Shown piece after piece: positions 53,514 through 63,702 of a stretch of DNA of 64,000 nt. Origin of the DNA: an uncultured bacterium (GTDB taxonomy: Bacteria > Muiribacteriota > Ozemobacteria > Ozemobacterales > Ozemobacteraceae); the NCBI GenBank assembly GCA_964389325.1, contig CAYMEN010000003.1:62502-126501 (forward strand), in the 5' to 3' direction. Below the pieces are notes generated by a model, which was given only the letters and a program-made list of their open reading frames with translations, ran no database searches and was not told where the DNA came from. The first letter of the stretch is position 1. The number at the start of each line of letters is the position of its first letter. The translations under genes were made by a program, and so were the position numbers.

Positions 53514-53711
53514 GTTCCGATCCAGATCCTTTCTCGATGCCGGCGTCAGCCGGATGCCGTGATCGTGCTGTTACGTCTTTTGCGTATAACACAAAAAGGG
53601 AAAACCCGCCCCACTCCCGACCCGATTTCCGAAGTCGGAGCGAACGCAACAGGGTTTCCCTCGGACCTCGTGATTATAACCTCGCGATCGGGATAATTCA
53701 ATCGGAAGGTG

Positions 53712-53720
53712 TGATATAAT
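53712..53720 (+). promoter_or_regulatory. extended -10 element TGaTATAAT upstream of glmM
   Basis: TG at 53712-53713 and TATAAT at 53715-53720, 33 nt upstream of the glmM ATG; no convincing -35. Confidence 0.35.
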
Positions 53721-53753
53721 TGGTTCATTCATCACGTCCCCGGAGGTTTTTCC

Positions 53754-55103
<1,350 letters not shown>

Positions 55104-55140
55104 CGGGGAAACGGTGCGGACGATGCAAGAGCCCGGTACG

Positions 55141-55731
55141 ATGAGACGTCTTTCGAGACGACTCGCCGTTCTCTTTGCCGCTGCTCTGTTGCTTGCTGCG
55201 GGGTGCAGCCGAAAATCGCAGGGTCCGGGCGTGAATGGCCCCGGGAAAAAAGGGGCGGAATCTGCCGCCCGGCCCGGCCAGGCTTCCGGCACGACCTCGC
55301 CGGCAGGCACAGGAAATGGCGCCATTTCATCGGGTGGCGCAGCCCTTCCGGATCGTGGCGAGATACAGAAGACATCCATGACTCCCGCCATCAGACGCGA
55401 GTTTGAGCGTCGGTATGAGAAAGGCATCGCGCTCCTCGAAAAGCAGGACTACGGCGAAGCCTCGCGCATTTTCGAGCAGCTTCTCTCCGAGAGCTCCGAT
55501 CCGCAGGACGCGAGCATTGCCGCCTACTGCCTCGCCGAGATCTGCTTCCGGAACAAGTCGAATGCACGGGCCCTCGAACTGTTCAAGGAAATCGTCGAGA
55601 AGTATCCCGGCACTCCGGCCGCCGACAACGCGAAGGCCGGGATCGAATACCTCGAGAATTTCCACAAGCACGAGGCAGAGTACGTTTCCCCGGACGTGGA
55701 GGATCGGAAGCGCCGGGGAGCGGGCCGGTGA
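55141..55731 (+). CDS. TPR-like lipoprotein (lipobox LAAGC), YbgF-like
   Basis: MRRLSRRLAVLFAAALLLAAGCS lipoprotein signal; Gly/Ser-rich linker; C-terminal TPR-like helices. Confidence 0.55.
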   Translation: MRRLSRRLAVLFAAALLLAAGCSRKSQGPGVNGPGKKGAESAARPGQASGTTSPAGTGNGAISSGGAALPDRGEIQKTSMTPAIRREFERRYEKGIALLEKQDYGEASRIFEQLLSESSDPQDASIAAYCLAEICFRNKSNARALELFKEIVEKYPGTPAADNAKAGIEYLENFHKHEAEYVSPDVEDRKRRGAGR

Positions 55732-55762
55732 GGGCCCCGTGCGGCGAAAAGGGCGGAATGGC

Positions 55763-56242
55763 ATGAAACAGGCGTTCGAACGGCGGCACGGCTTCTCGAT
55801 CATCGAGGTGCTCCTGGCGATGCTCATCATCGGGGCCGGCGTCGTGCCGGTGTTGTCGCTGTTTCTGACCGGTTCCCGCACCGTCGAGAAAGGCGGCCTG
55901 CTGCTGTCGGCCACCATCGCGGCCCAGAACGTTCTCGATCGCGCGAAGAGCGACGCGTTTCTCTGGGGCAACGTTCCGCTCACCCTCGATTTTCCCGACC
56001 CCGATCATCCGCAGTTCACGCTGCCCGCCTTTTTCGCGAAAAAATACAACGCCTCTGGAACCCTGATCATCGAGGAGGCTCCCGGACACACGGTCATCGG
56101 CACCGGTGAGAAGGAGACGAGCCTGGTCCAGATCAGCGTCATCATCCGCTGGATCGAAAACAAGACCGGGCGTTCGACCAGGCTCGTGACATACCGCGCG
56201 AACACGAACTGCTTCGACCTGAAAACATCCGCGAAATTCTGA
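55763..56242 (+). CDS. prepilin-type N-terminal cleavage/methylation domain protein (pseudopilin-like)
   Basis: RRHGFSIIEVLLAMLIIGAGVV prepilin leader/helix. Confidence 0.6.
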   Translation: MKQAFERRHGFSIIEVLLAMLIIGAGVVPVLSLFLTGSRTVEKGGLLLSATIAAQNVLDRAKSDAFLWGNVPLTLDFPDPDHPQFTLPAFFAKKYNASGTLIIEEAPGHTVIGTGEKETSLVQISVIIRWIENKTGRSTRLVTYRANTNCFDLKTSAKF

Positions 56243-56277
56243 TGAACCGCGAGGAGCACGTGAGGGACAACCCCGTG

Positions 56278-56895
56278 ATGACCCGACCGAGGAGCGGTTT
56301 TACGCTCGTCGAATTGTCTATATCTGCGGTTATTATATCGTTGATCGGCCTCGTTCTCGTGGCGGTCTTCCGCAGCAACCTCGCCACCTGGAAATGGGGC
56401 CAGGAGCACATGGAGTTCAACCAGAAGGTCCAGCTCGCCATGAAACAGGTGTTCACCGACATCAAGCGCATCAACCCCGTCGTCCTCACCGACACCCGGG
56501 GGAATCTCTGGTTCAAGGGAGAACGCATCGGTGACCTGTTCCCGAACGTCATCGAGGTCGTCGACACCGACAAACTACCGGAAAACGGAGGCGAGGAGTT
56601 GATCTTCCAGCACACGACCTACCGTCGGCCCGGCGAGAGGACACAGGTGCGGCTGTTTCTCGAGAAGGAGGCCCTCATGCGCGAGACGACGGACCAGAAC
56701 GGGTCCCGTTCCCGCGTCGTGATTTCCGACAGGGTCTCGAACCTGCATTTCCTCCGCAACACGGCTGATATCAACGAGATTTCCGTTACCATGACCATCG
56801 CGGACGACATGAATCCGAAACTCATCGAGGAGCTCGTCTTCGCCGTCCGTCTCGACACCGATCTCGTGTGCGTGAAAGCGAGGGACGGCTCATGA
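56278..56895 (+). CDS. prepilin-type N-terminal cleavage/methylation domain protein (pseudopilin-like)
   Basis: MTRPRSGFTLVELSISAVIISLIGLV; GAGGGA RBS before ATG 56278 (upstream in-frame ATG 56242 lacks RBS). Confidence 0.6.
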   Translation: MTRPRSGFTLVELSISAVIISLIGLVLVAVFRSNLATWKWGQEHMEFNQKVQLAMKQVFTDIKRINPVVLTDTRGNLWFKGERIGDLFPNVIEVVDTDKLPENGGEELIFQHTTYRRPGERTQVRLFLEKEALMRETTDQNGSRSRVVISDRVSNLHFLRNTADINEISVTMTIADDMNPKLIEELVFAVRLDTDLVCVKARDGS

Positions 56896-57386
56896 CCGGC
56901 AGGAGCGGTTCGAAGCGCGGGTTCATCGCGTTCTACTCGTTCATTCTTCTCCTCATCCTGGCCATTTTCGGCATCTCCTACTGGGCCGTTTCGCGCCTCT
57001 CGACCAGTTCCATCGTCCAGGAGGCCGGCCGCATCCGCGCGAGATGTCTCGCCCAGGCGGGCGTCGAGAAGGTGTTGATCAACATCGTCAACCAATACCG
57101 GCTGGGCAACCGCAATCTCGGGTATCCGGGCAAGTTCAGCCGCGACCGCACCGACAAGGAATACAACGTCGAGTTCGGGGACGGCTCGTACCGGGTCGAG
57201 TCGGTCCAGCCCTACACGGCGCCGGGCAGCAGCAAGGTCATGACGCAGGTGCCGTATTACCAGCGCCAGACGGTCATCGGGACCTACGACATCTGGAAGA
57301 TCGTCGTCGTCGGAGAAGTGCCGGAAGGCCCCCAGGCGCGGGTCGAGACGCTTGTCAAGATTATCAGGCAGTATGCCCGATACTGA
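56892..57386 (+). CDS. GspK-like / uncleaved pseudopilin-like membrane protein
   Basis: KRGFIAFYSFILLLILAIFGISYWAV N-terminal helix resembling GspK; ATGA overlap with upstream pseudopilin. Confidence 0.4.
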   Translation: MTGRSGSKRGFIAFYSFILLLILAIFGISYWAVSRLSTSSIVQEAGRIRARCLAQAGVEKVLINIVNQYRLGNRNLGYPGKFSRDRTDKEYNVEFGDGSYRVESVQPYTAPGSSKVMTQVPYYQRQTVIGTYDIWKIVVVGEVPEGPQARVETLVKIIRQYARY

Positions 57387-57411
57387 GGGACGGAGCCGTG
57401 GGAGGAAATAT

Positions 57412-58725
57412 ATGATAAAGTATACAAATACGGCATGGGGACTCGCTCGCGCCGCGCTTCTCGGAGGAATCCTGCTCGTTTCCGCCGCCGACGCCCGGGC
57501 GGCCAATGACGGCCCGCAGTTCGACGGGTTTTCCGCCAAGGTGTCGGGTGATATCTACGGCCAGCCCCGGGTCATCGAGGACATGGACGGGGACGGGAAA
57601 CAGGACCTGATCTTCGGCGCCACGGACGGCAAGGTACATGTCTACTCGTCGACCGGCAAGGAGATCATCCGGCCGCCGAACTGGCCGAAACAGACGGGAG
57701 CGCCGATCCTTTCCGACGTGTCGGTCGCCGACCTCGACAACGACGGGAGCTCCGAGGTCATCGTCAGCTCCCTGAACGGGAAGGTTTACTGCATGGACCG
57801 CCGGGGCGTCCAGAAATGGGAAGTGAACACCCGCGGCACGATCCGTCTCTCGTCCCCCGAGGTCGCCGACGTCGACGGGGCGGGCAACATGTCCGTCTTC
57901 ATCGGATCGAAAGCGGGCACCGTGAGCCGGATCGACAAGGACGGGCGGCTGATCTGGGAGGTCCCGATGTCGACCTCCGTCTCGTCGCGCGTCGTCGCTG
58001 CCGACATCAACGGCGACGGCACCAAGGAGCTCGTCGCCAAGGACGACAACGGGAAGGTGACGATCCTGAACATGCGCGGCTCTGTGGAGAGCGGCTGGCC
58101 CCAGTCGACGGTCCCGAACCTGACCTGGCCCTTCGAAGTCGGTGCCGGCGACGTCAACGGCGACGGCGTCAAGGAGATCTTCACGACGACGCCTGAAAAA
58201 AAGTTTTTACTATGGAACAGGGACGGCAGCCTCCGGACGCAGTTCGGCCTTTCCGACGCGTCGCATTCGGCCCCTCGTCTTGCGGACCTGAACGGGGACG
58301 GCCGCGACGAGTTCGTCATCGGCCAGGCGGACGGGGTGGTGATGGTCTGCGATCGTGATGGCAAGCCGCTCCCGGGATGGCCCTTCAAGACGAGGCATTC
58401 GGTCTATCACACGCCGCAGGTGATCGACGTCGACGGCGATGGCCGGCTCGACGTGGTGTTCACGGCCTGGAACCCCGAAGGCGTCGGCAAACAGGCGGGC
58501 TACGTGATGGCGCTGAGCCGCGACGGGAGCCCGCTTCACGGATACCCGAAATACATCGGGAAATCCATCGCCCCGCTGACGTTTGCCGATCTCGACGACG
58601 ACGGGTATCTCGAGATGATCGCCGCGGGCGGCATCAACTACACCGACGACCAGCTCCACGTCTTCCCGACCGGCGCCCGCGTCCAGATACGGCTGGCGAT
58701 TCTCGGCAGCGAGGTGTCGTTCTGA
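57412..58725 (+). CDS. secreted FG-GAP/integrin-alpha-like beta-propeller protein with repeated D-x-D/N-G-D-G calcium-binding loops
   Basis: Signal peptide; eight D.DGDG-type loops (DMDGDGKQD, DLDNDGSSE, DVDGAGNMS, DINGDGTKE, DVNGDGVKE, DLNGDGRDE, DVDGDGRLD, DLDDDGYLE) at about 45-55-aa intervals; GGAGG RBS. Confidence 0.65.
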   Translation: MIKYTNTAWGLARAALLGGILLVSAADARAANDGPQFDGFSAKVSGDIYGQPRVIEDMDGDGKQDLIFGATDGKVHVYSSTGKEIIRPPNWPKQTGAPILSDVSVADLDNDGSSEVIVSSLNGKVYCMDRRGVQKWEVNTRGTIRLSSPEVADVDGAGNMSVFIGSKAGTVSRIDKDGRLIWEVPMSTSVSSRVVAADINGDGTKELVAKDDNGKVTILNMRGSVESGWPQSTVPNLTWPFEVGAGDVNGDGVKEIFTTTPEKKFLLWNRDGSLRTQFGLSDASHSAPRLADLNGDGRDEFVIGQADGVVMVCDRDGKPLPGWPFKTRHSVYHTPQVIDVDGDGRLDVVFTAWNPEGVGKQAGYVMALSRDGSPLHGYPKYIGKSIAPLTFADLDDDGYLEMIAAGGINYTDDQLHVFPTGARVQIRLAILGSEVSF

Positions 58726-60083
58726 TGCGGTTCGCCCTCTTCCCGGCGTGGCACAGGGCTTTTCTGGCAGCCATCTGCGCGATTTCGATATGCGCCGGGG
58801 GCGCATGCGCGCAGGAGGATGACGACCTCCGCGAGTTCCTGACCAGGGGGCAGGTCTGCTACCAGAAACGCGACCTGGCGGGGGCCGCGCTCGAATTCGA
58901 AAACGTCCTGCTCATCGATCCGTCGAACGTCGAGGCGTCGATCTGGCTGGCCCAGATCTACGCCGATCAGAAGAACATGTTCAAAGCCCGGCAGATGCTC
59001 CAGCAGGCGAAGCGGATCATGCCGACGCATGCCCGCGTGGTCGCCCTCGAAAACCTCTTTGGCGACGGCAAGCCCCGGGTCACGACGAAGGAGACCGATC
59101 TCGTGATGCACGAGACGCTGACCCTGCTCGGCTCGGGAACGAACCTGCGGCCGTACGGCCTCGTCGTGCCCGAACAGAAAGTCCGTGCCGCCGGTGTCCA
59201 GTCCTCGACGATAGCTGCGTTCGAGGACGTGGAGATCGCGATCGAGCCCTCCCTTGGAACGGGGCCGACGAGCGTTCCGGCCGGTATCGATGCGTTCGCG
59301 AAGGAGGAGGGGCCGCTCGCCCCGGTGTTCGAGGCGCGGACGGTCCAGGGCCTCGCGAAAGCTCTCGACGCCTATTTCGAGATCGTCGGGAAAGACAAGA
59401 CCCTCGTGGAACAGGATGACAAGGGATTGCTCAACGAGGGGATCACCTTCTACGAACCAAAACTCCGCGCGAATGCCAGCGACACCGAGGCCGTCTTCTA
59501 TTACGGCATGATCCAGTTCTACAACGGTGCGGTCGAAGAAGCGTTCAAACTCCTCGAACCTCTGCGTGAAAGCGAAACGCCCTACGGTGACCGGCTTCAG
59601 GTCGTCTGGAACGAGATCGACAAACGCAGGCGCGAGGAAGAAGCCCGTCGCGAAGCCCTCAGACGCGAGGAAGAAGCCCGCGAAGCTGCGCGTATCGCCG
59701 CTGCCGAACAGGCCGCCGCCGCCTCCGCCGCGATAGCCGCCGCCGCCGGAAGCGCGCCCACCGGTTCCGTCGCCTCCGCCTCGAGCCCGGCCGACGCCCT
59801 GCATACCGAAGGCTACGAACTGTACAAGAAGGGCCAGGTCGACGCCGCGATCGAAAAGTTCAACACCGCCATCAGTCGCAATCCGAACGAGCCGAATTAC
59901 CATTACCACCTCGGCCTCGCTCTCACCGACAAGGGGCTCGGGGGCCAGTATGACGCCTTCGACCGGGCGATCGAGGCGTTCAACCGCGTTCTGCGTCTCG
60001 CCCCGCCCGGCGAAAAACTCGCGAAAGACGCCGAAGCCATGGTCCGCGACATCACCGCCGCCAAAAACACCCTCAAACGCTGA
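58725..60083 (+). CDS. secreted TPR-repeat protein with central Arg/Glu-rich charged helix and Ala-rich linker
   Basis: Signal peptide; TPR-like helices at both ends; REEEARREALRREEEAREAARIAAAEQAAAASAAIAAAAG segment; TGATG overlap with upstream gene. Confidence 0.55.
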   Translation: MRFALFPAWHRAFLAAICAISICAGGACAQEDDDLREFLTRGQVCYQKRDLAGAALEFENVLLIDPSNVEASIWLAQIYADQKNMFKARQMLQQAKRIMPTHARVVALENLFGDGKPRVTTKETDLVMHETLTLLGSGTNLRPYGLVVPEQKVRAAGVQSSTIAAFEDVEIAIEPSLGTGPTSVPAGIDAFAKEEGPLAPVFEARTVQGLAKALDAYFEIVGKDKTLVEQDDKGLLNEGITFYEPKLRANASDTEAVFYYGMIQFYNGAVEEAFKLLEPLRESETPYGDRLQVVWNEIDKRRREEEARREALRREEEAREAARIAAAEQAAAASAAIAAAAGSAPTGSVASASSPADALHTEGYELYKKGQVDAAIEKFNTAISRNPNEPNYHYHLGLALTDKGLGGQYDAFDRAIEAFNRVLRLAPPGEKLAKDAEAMVRDITAAKNTLKR

Positions 60084-60098
60084 TCTCCACGGAACCTG

Positions 60099-60175
60099 CA
60101 ACGCACCACAGGCACGGAGACGCAGAGAAAGAAATTCTGTTCGAACTCTGTGTCTCTGTGCCTGGTGGTGCGTTG
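60099..60175. repeat. intergenic repeat element copy B: about 29-bp imperfect inverted-repeat arms with 18-nt loop (probable terminator hairpin for the 55.8-60.1 kb operon), sharing 17-mer and 13-mer with copy A
   Basis: Arms CAACGCACCACAGGCACGGAGACGCAGAG / CTCTGTGTCTCTGTGCCTGGTGGTGCGTTG; shared k-mers with 36700-36772. Confidence 0.55.
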
Positions 60176-60257
60176 TATCATTCAACGGCCAAAAAGATCG
60201 GTTGCGGGCGGGGAATTGTGATATACTTCCCGCGTTTGCGACAAGGAGAGAGTCGAG

Positions 60258-61001
60258 ATGGGTGTGACGACGAAACACAACCGCGGCCAGGAACTTTCCC
60301 CCGACCTCGATGTCGGTGAGAACGGCGTTGCCGTCGAAGTGCCGGTGACCCGCCCCTTCGAAGGGTACACCTATATCCGCAAGGAGTGGGTCGATCAGGA
60401 AGACGGGATCGAGAAGGTCACCTTCAACATGACGCTCGGGCCGGTCAATCTTCCCGCCGACTGGAGCCGCACCCAGACATTCGTCATGATGCCGGAATGG
60501 GGCACGTCCCCCCTCCGCCGCACCTGGATCGTGCGACTGCCGACGCATCTCGAAGGGCATGATCAGTATCTCTTTCACTATTTTTTCCAAACCTACTATG
60601 CGAACGGCGAGGAACGCGTCAGCAGCATGTTCGCCCAGTTGATCCAGCCGCATGAGATCGAGTATATCGATTACGGCGGCGACCTGGTCAACGTACGGCT
60701 CCATTGGAGCGTCGGCGACTGGTCCTATGCGCAGGATACCGAGCTCGAGGCCGACGGCATCGAGTGGGGAAGCGAATTTTCCGTCAGCAGTGCGCCCTAC
60801 CGCGCCAAAGACCGTCTGTATCAGAACGGCCGCATTCTCGTGATGCGCCGCCTGCCTTTCCCACGAAGGTTTCACGGCCTGATCTGGGCCCCGAAGGGCG
60901 CCGAGGTCCGTTTCTGCTTCCAACTCGTGCGACACCGTCCCGACGGCCAGGATCTGCTGTGGGACAACAATTTCGGCAAAAATTACTCTCTGACCATCTA
61001 A
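60258..61001 (+). CDS. hypothetical protein with CBM20/21-like (starch/glycogen-binding-type) C-terminal motif
   Basis: C-terminal LLWDNNFGKNYSLTI resembles the conserved WDNN.G.NY end of CBM21/CBM20 domains; AAGGAGAG RBS. Confidence 0.4.
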   Translation: MGVTTKHNRGQELSPDLDVGENGVAVEVPVTRPFEGYTYIRKEWVDQEDGIEKVTFNMTLGPVNLPADWSRTQTFVMMPEWGTSPLRRTWIVRLPTHLEGHDQYLFHYFFQTYYANGEERVSSMFAQLIQPHEIEYIDYGGDLVNVRLHWSVGDWSYAQDTELEADGIEWGSEFSVSSAPYRAKDRLYQNGRILVMRRLPFPRRFHGLIWAPKGAEVRFCFQLVRHRPDGQDLLWDNNFGKNYSLTI

Positions 61002-61022
61002 TCGGCGAGGAGACTGTCACCC

Positions 61023-61589
61023 ATGAGACACCCTGATATTCTTACCCGTGAAGGCGCCGTCCTTCTCATCACCGATGTACAGAAGAAGTGCATCAAGCCC
61101 ATCTACCGCAAGGAACCGATGATCAACAACATCAAGACCCTCGTTTCCTACGCCGGCATGATCGGCCTGCCCATCCTCCTCACTGAGCTGGCTCCCCAGA
61201 CGTTCGGCGGCACGATCGAAGAGATCAAGAAGCTGATTCCGCGTCTCGAGCCGATCAAGCGCAGCCGCTACAGCGCCTTCGGAAGCGAAGATCTGACCCT
61301 GCGCCTCGAAGCGATGAACACCAACACGCTCGTCGTGGTCGGCATGGAAACCCACGTGTCGGTCTGTCAGACGGTGCTCGACGCGCTGACCCGCGGCTTC
61401 CGCGTCCACGTCGTGCTCGACGCGTCCAGCTCGCGCCGCAAGGTCGACTGGAAAGTGTCGCTCGAGAAGATGCGCCGCGCCGGTGCTATCGTGACAACGA
61501 TGGAACTGGTGATGCATGAGATGATCGAGCGCGTCGATGTGCCGCAGTTCGACAAGTTCCAGGAGCTGCTGAGCAACATCGGCCGCTGA
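61023..61589 (+). CDS. isochorismatase-family cysteine hydrolase
   Basis: Catalytic-triad arrangement D (LITDVQ) ... K ... C (VVGMETHVSVCQT). Confidence 0.8.
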   Translation: MRHPDILTREGAVLLITDVQKKCIKPIYRKEPMINNIKTLVSYAGMIGLPILLTELAPQTFGGTIEEIKKLIPRLEPIKRSRYSAFGSEDLTLRLEAMNTNTLVVVGMETHVSVCQTVLDALTRGFRVHVVLDASSSRRKVDWKVSLEKMRRAGAIVTTMELVMHEMIERVDVPQFDKFQELLSNIGR

Positions 61590-61598
61590 CGGCATCCG

Positions 61599-62372
61599 AT
61601 GATGACGATGCCGATCGACGATGCCGCCGTCATTTTCCTGATCGGCGGGCTGGGAGCCGGGAAGACCGAGCTCGCGCTGAACCTTGCTGTCCGGCGGGCG
61701 CGCAGGCTCGGCCCCGGCCGCTCCTATCTGCTCGACCTCGACATCGTCAACCCGTTCTTCCGCGTTCGGCACCTCCGCGACGCCCTGACTCGCGAAGGCG
61801 TCAAGCTGATCGCCCCCGACGCGCAGGTGACAGCGAACGACATGCCGGCGATTCCCGGCGCGGCGTTCGGCGTTCTCCAGAGCCCCGACACGGCTGTCGT
61901 CTGCGACGTGGGCGGGGGAGAGCTGGGGCTGCGCGTCCTCGGCCGACTTGCCCAGCAGGCGGCGGCGCGAAAGGCCCGGACGTATTTCGTCATCAATCCC
62001 TACAGGCCGGGCTTCACGAGCCTCGACACGATGCGGCGCAGCTTCGACATTCTCACCGAGCTTTCGGCCCTGCAGGTGACGCATATCGTTGCAAACCCGC
62101 ATCTGATCAATGAAACGACCCCCGACCTCTTCGCCGCCGGTCTCGAGAAGGTCCGGACCTTCGCGGCGGAGATGAACCTGCCGATCGCATTTTCCGTGGC
62201 GGCACCGGCGCTTCTCGGACAACTCCCGCACGAGGCGGCGAGTCCCTCGGACGAAGCGCCCACGAACCTGGTGAAGTATGACGGTCAGCCGCTCCTCGTG
62301 CTGGACCGGTACTGGGAAACACCCTGGATCATAGGAAAGGAACAGGAGGTAGCAACATGCCCAAATGGGTAA
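61599..62372 (+). CDS. P-loop NTPase of unknown function
   Basis: Walker A GGLGAGKTE near N-terminus; overlaps start of korD by 16 nt. Confidence 0.45.
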   Translation: MMTMPIDDAAVIFLIGGLGAGKTELALNLAVRRARRLGPGRSYLLDLDIVNPFFRVRHLRDALTREGVKLIAPDAQVTANDMPAIPGAAFGVLQSPDTAVVCDVGGGELGLRVLGRLAQQAAARKARTYFVINPYRPGFTSLDTMRRSFDILTELSALQVTHIVANPHLINETTPDLFAAGLEKVRTFAAEMNLPIAFSVAAPALLGQLPHEAASPSDEAPTNLVKYDGQPLLVLDRYWETPWIIGKEQEVATCPNG

Positions 62373-62563
62373 TCAATGAAGACCTGTGCAAGGGTTGCGG
62401 GATCTGTATCGCCCGCTGTCCGCAGAAGGTGCTTGGCGTCTCCGACAGCCTGTCTGCGAAGGGATACCATCCGACGAAAATGCTGAACGAAGAGAAGTGC
62501 ACTTCGTGCGCGCTGTGCGGCCGAAGCTGTCCCGACGTGGCTATCGAAGTTTATAAAGCCTGA
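62357..62563 (+). CDS. korD: 2-oxoacid:ferredoxin oxidoreductase delta subunit (2x[4Fe-4S] ferredoxin)
   Basis: Two CxxCxxCxxxCP clusters (CKGCGICIARCP, CTSCALCGRSCP), 68 aa, upstream of korA. Confidence 0.8.
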   Translation: MPKWVINEDLCKGCGICIARCPQKVLGVSDSLSAKGYHPTKMLNEEKCTSCALCGRSCPDVAIEVYKA

Positions 62564-62586
62564 ATCATCCAGAAACGGAGAGAACA

Positions 62587-63672
62587 ATGGCTGAAAAGAT
62601 CCTGATGAAAGGCAACGAGGCGCTCGCCGAGGCCGCCGTCCTGGCCGGTTGCCGACACTATTTCGGATACCCCATCACCCCGCAGAGCGAGCTTCCCGAG
62701 TATCTCGCGAAGCGGCTTCCCGAGGTCGAAGGCGTGTTCCTTCAGGCCGAGAGCGAAATCGCGGCCATCAATATGGTCTACGGCGGCGCCAGTACCGGCG
62801 CCCGCGTCATGACCAGCAGCAGCAGTCCCGGCATCAGCCTGAAGCAGGAAGGCATTTCCTACATCGCGGCCGCCGAGCTTCCCTGCGTCATCGTCAACGT
62901 GATGCGCGGCGGTCCGGGCCTCGGCAACATCTCGCCGGCCCAGTCCGACTACTTTCAGGCCACCAAGGGGGGCGGCCACGGCGATTACCACCTGATCGTC
63001 CTGTCGCCCAACTCGGTCCAGGAAATGGCCGACATGACCGTCAAGGCGTTCGAGGCTGCCGACACGTTCAAGAACCCTGTCATGATCCTCAGCGACGGCG
63101 TTCTCGGCCAGATGATGGAGCCGGTCGTGCTGCCCGAACCGACCGATTACGACATCAACAGCAAAAAGTGGGCGCTCGGCTATCGCGGCGCCGACAAGAA
63201 AGAGCGAAACCTCGTCACGACCATCTTCATGAGCGTCGAGAACCTCGAGGAACACAACTGGCACCTGTACCAGAAATACCAGTATATCCGTGACGAGTTC
63301 GAGAAAGGCTCCTGGAAAGACCTGTCGGTCGAAGAGCACGAGTGCGAAGACGCCGACATCATCCTCGTCGGCTACGGCATCATCAGCCGCATCCTCAAGA
63401 CCGTCGTCGAGAAGTGCCGCAAGCGGGGCATCAAGGCCGGCCTGCTGCGACCCAAGTCGCTGTGGCCCTTCCCGAGCGCCCGCGTTGCCGAACTGGCGAA
63501 GAAGACGAAGCAGTTCCTCGTCGTCGAGATGTCGTGCGGCCAGATGGTCGAGGACGTCAAACTGGCGGTCGAGGGAAAGGTTCCCGTCTACTTCTTCGGC
63601 CGAACCGGCGGAACCATCCCGTCAGACTTCGAGATTCTCACCGAAGTCGACAAGATCGTGCGCCCCGACTGA
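62587..63672 (+). CDS. korA: 2-oxoacid:ferredoxin oxidoreductase alpha subunit
   Basis: Conserved N-terminal KGNEALAEAA..GC...GYPITP block of KorA/PorA family. Confidence 0.85.
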   Translation: MAEKILMKGNEALAEAAVLAGCRHYFGYPITPQSELPEYLAKRLPEVEGVFLQAESEIAAINMVYGGASTGARVMTSSSSPGISLKQEGISYIAAAELPCVIVNVMRGGPGLGNISPAQSDYFQATKGGGHGDYHLIVLSPNSVQEMADMTVKAFEAADTFKNPVMILSDGVLGQMMEPVVLPEPTDYDINSKKWALGYRGADKKERNLVTTIFMSVENLEEHNWHLYQKYQYIRDEFEKGSWKDLSVEEHECEDADIILVGYGIISRILKTVVEKCRKRGIKAGLLRPKSLWPFPSARVAELAKKTKQFLVVEMSCGQMVEDVKLAVEGKVPVYFFGRTGGTIPSDFEILTEVDKIVRPD

Positions 63673-63702
63673 CGGCGCCGCGCAAGAGAAGGAGCGAAGC
63701 AT

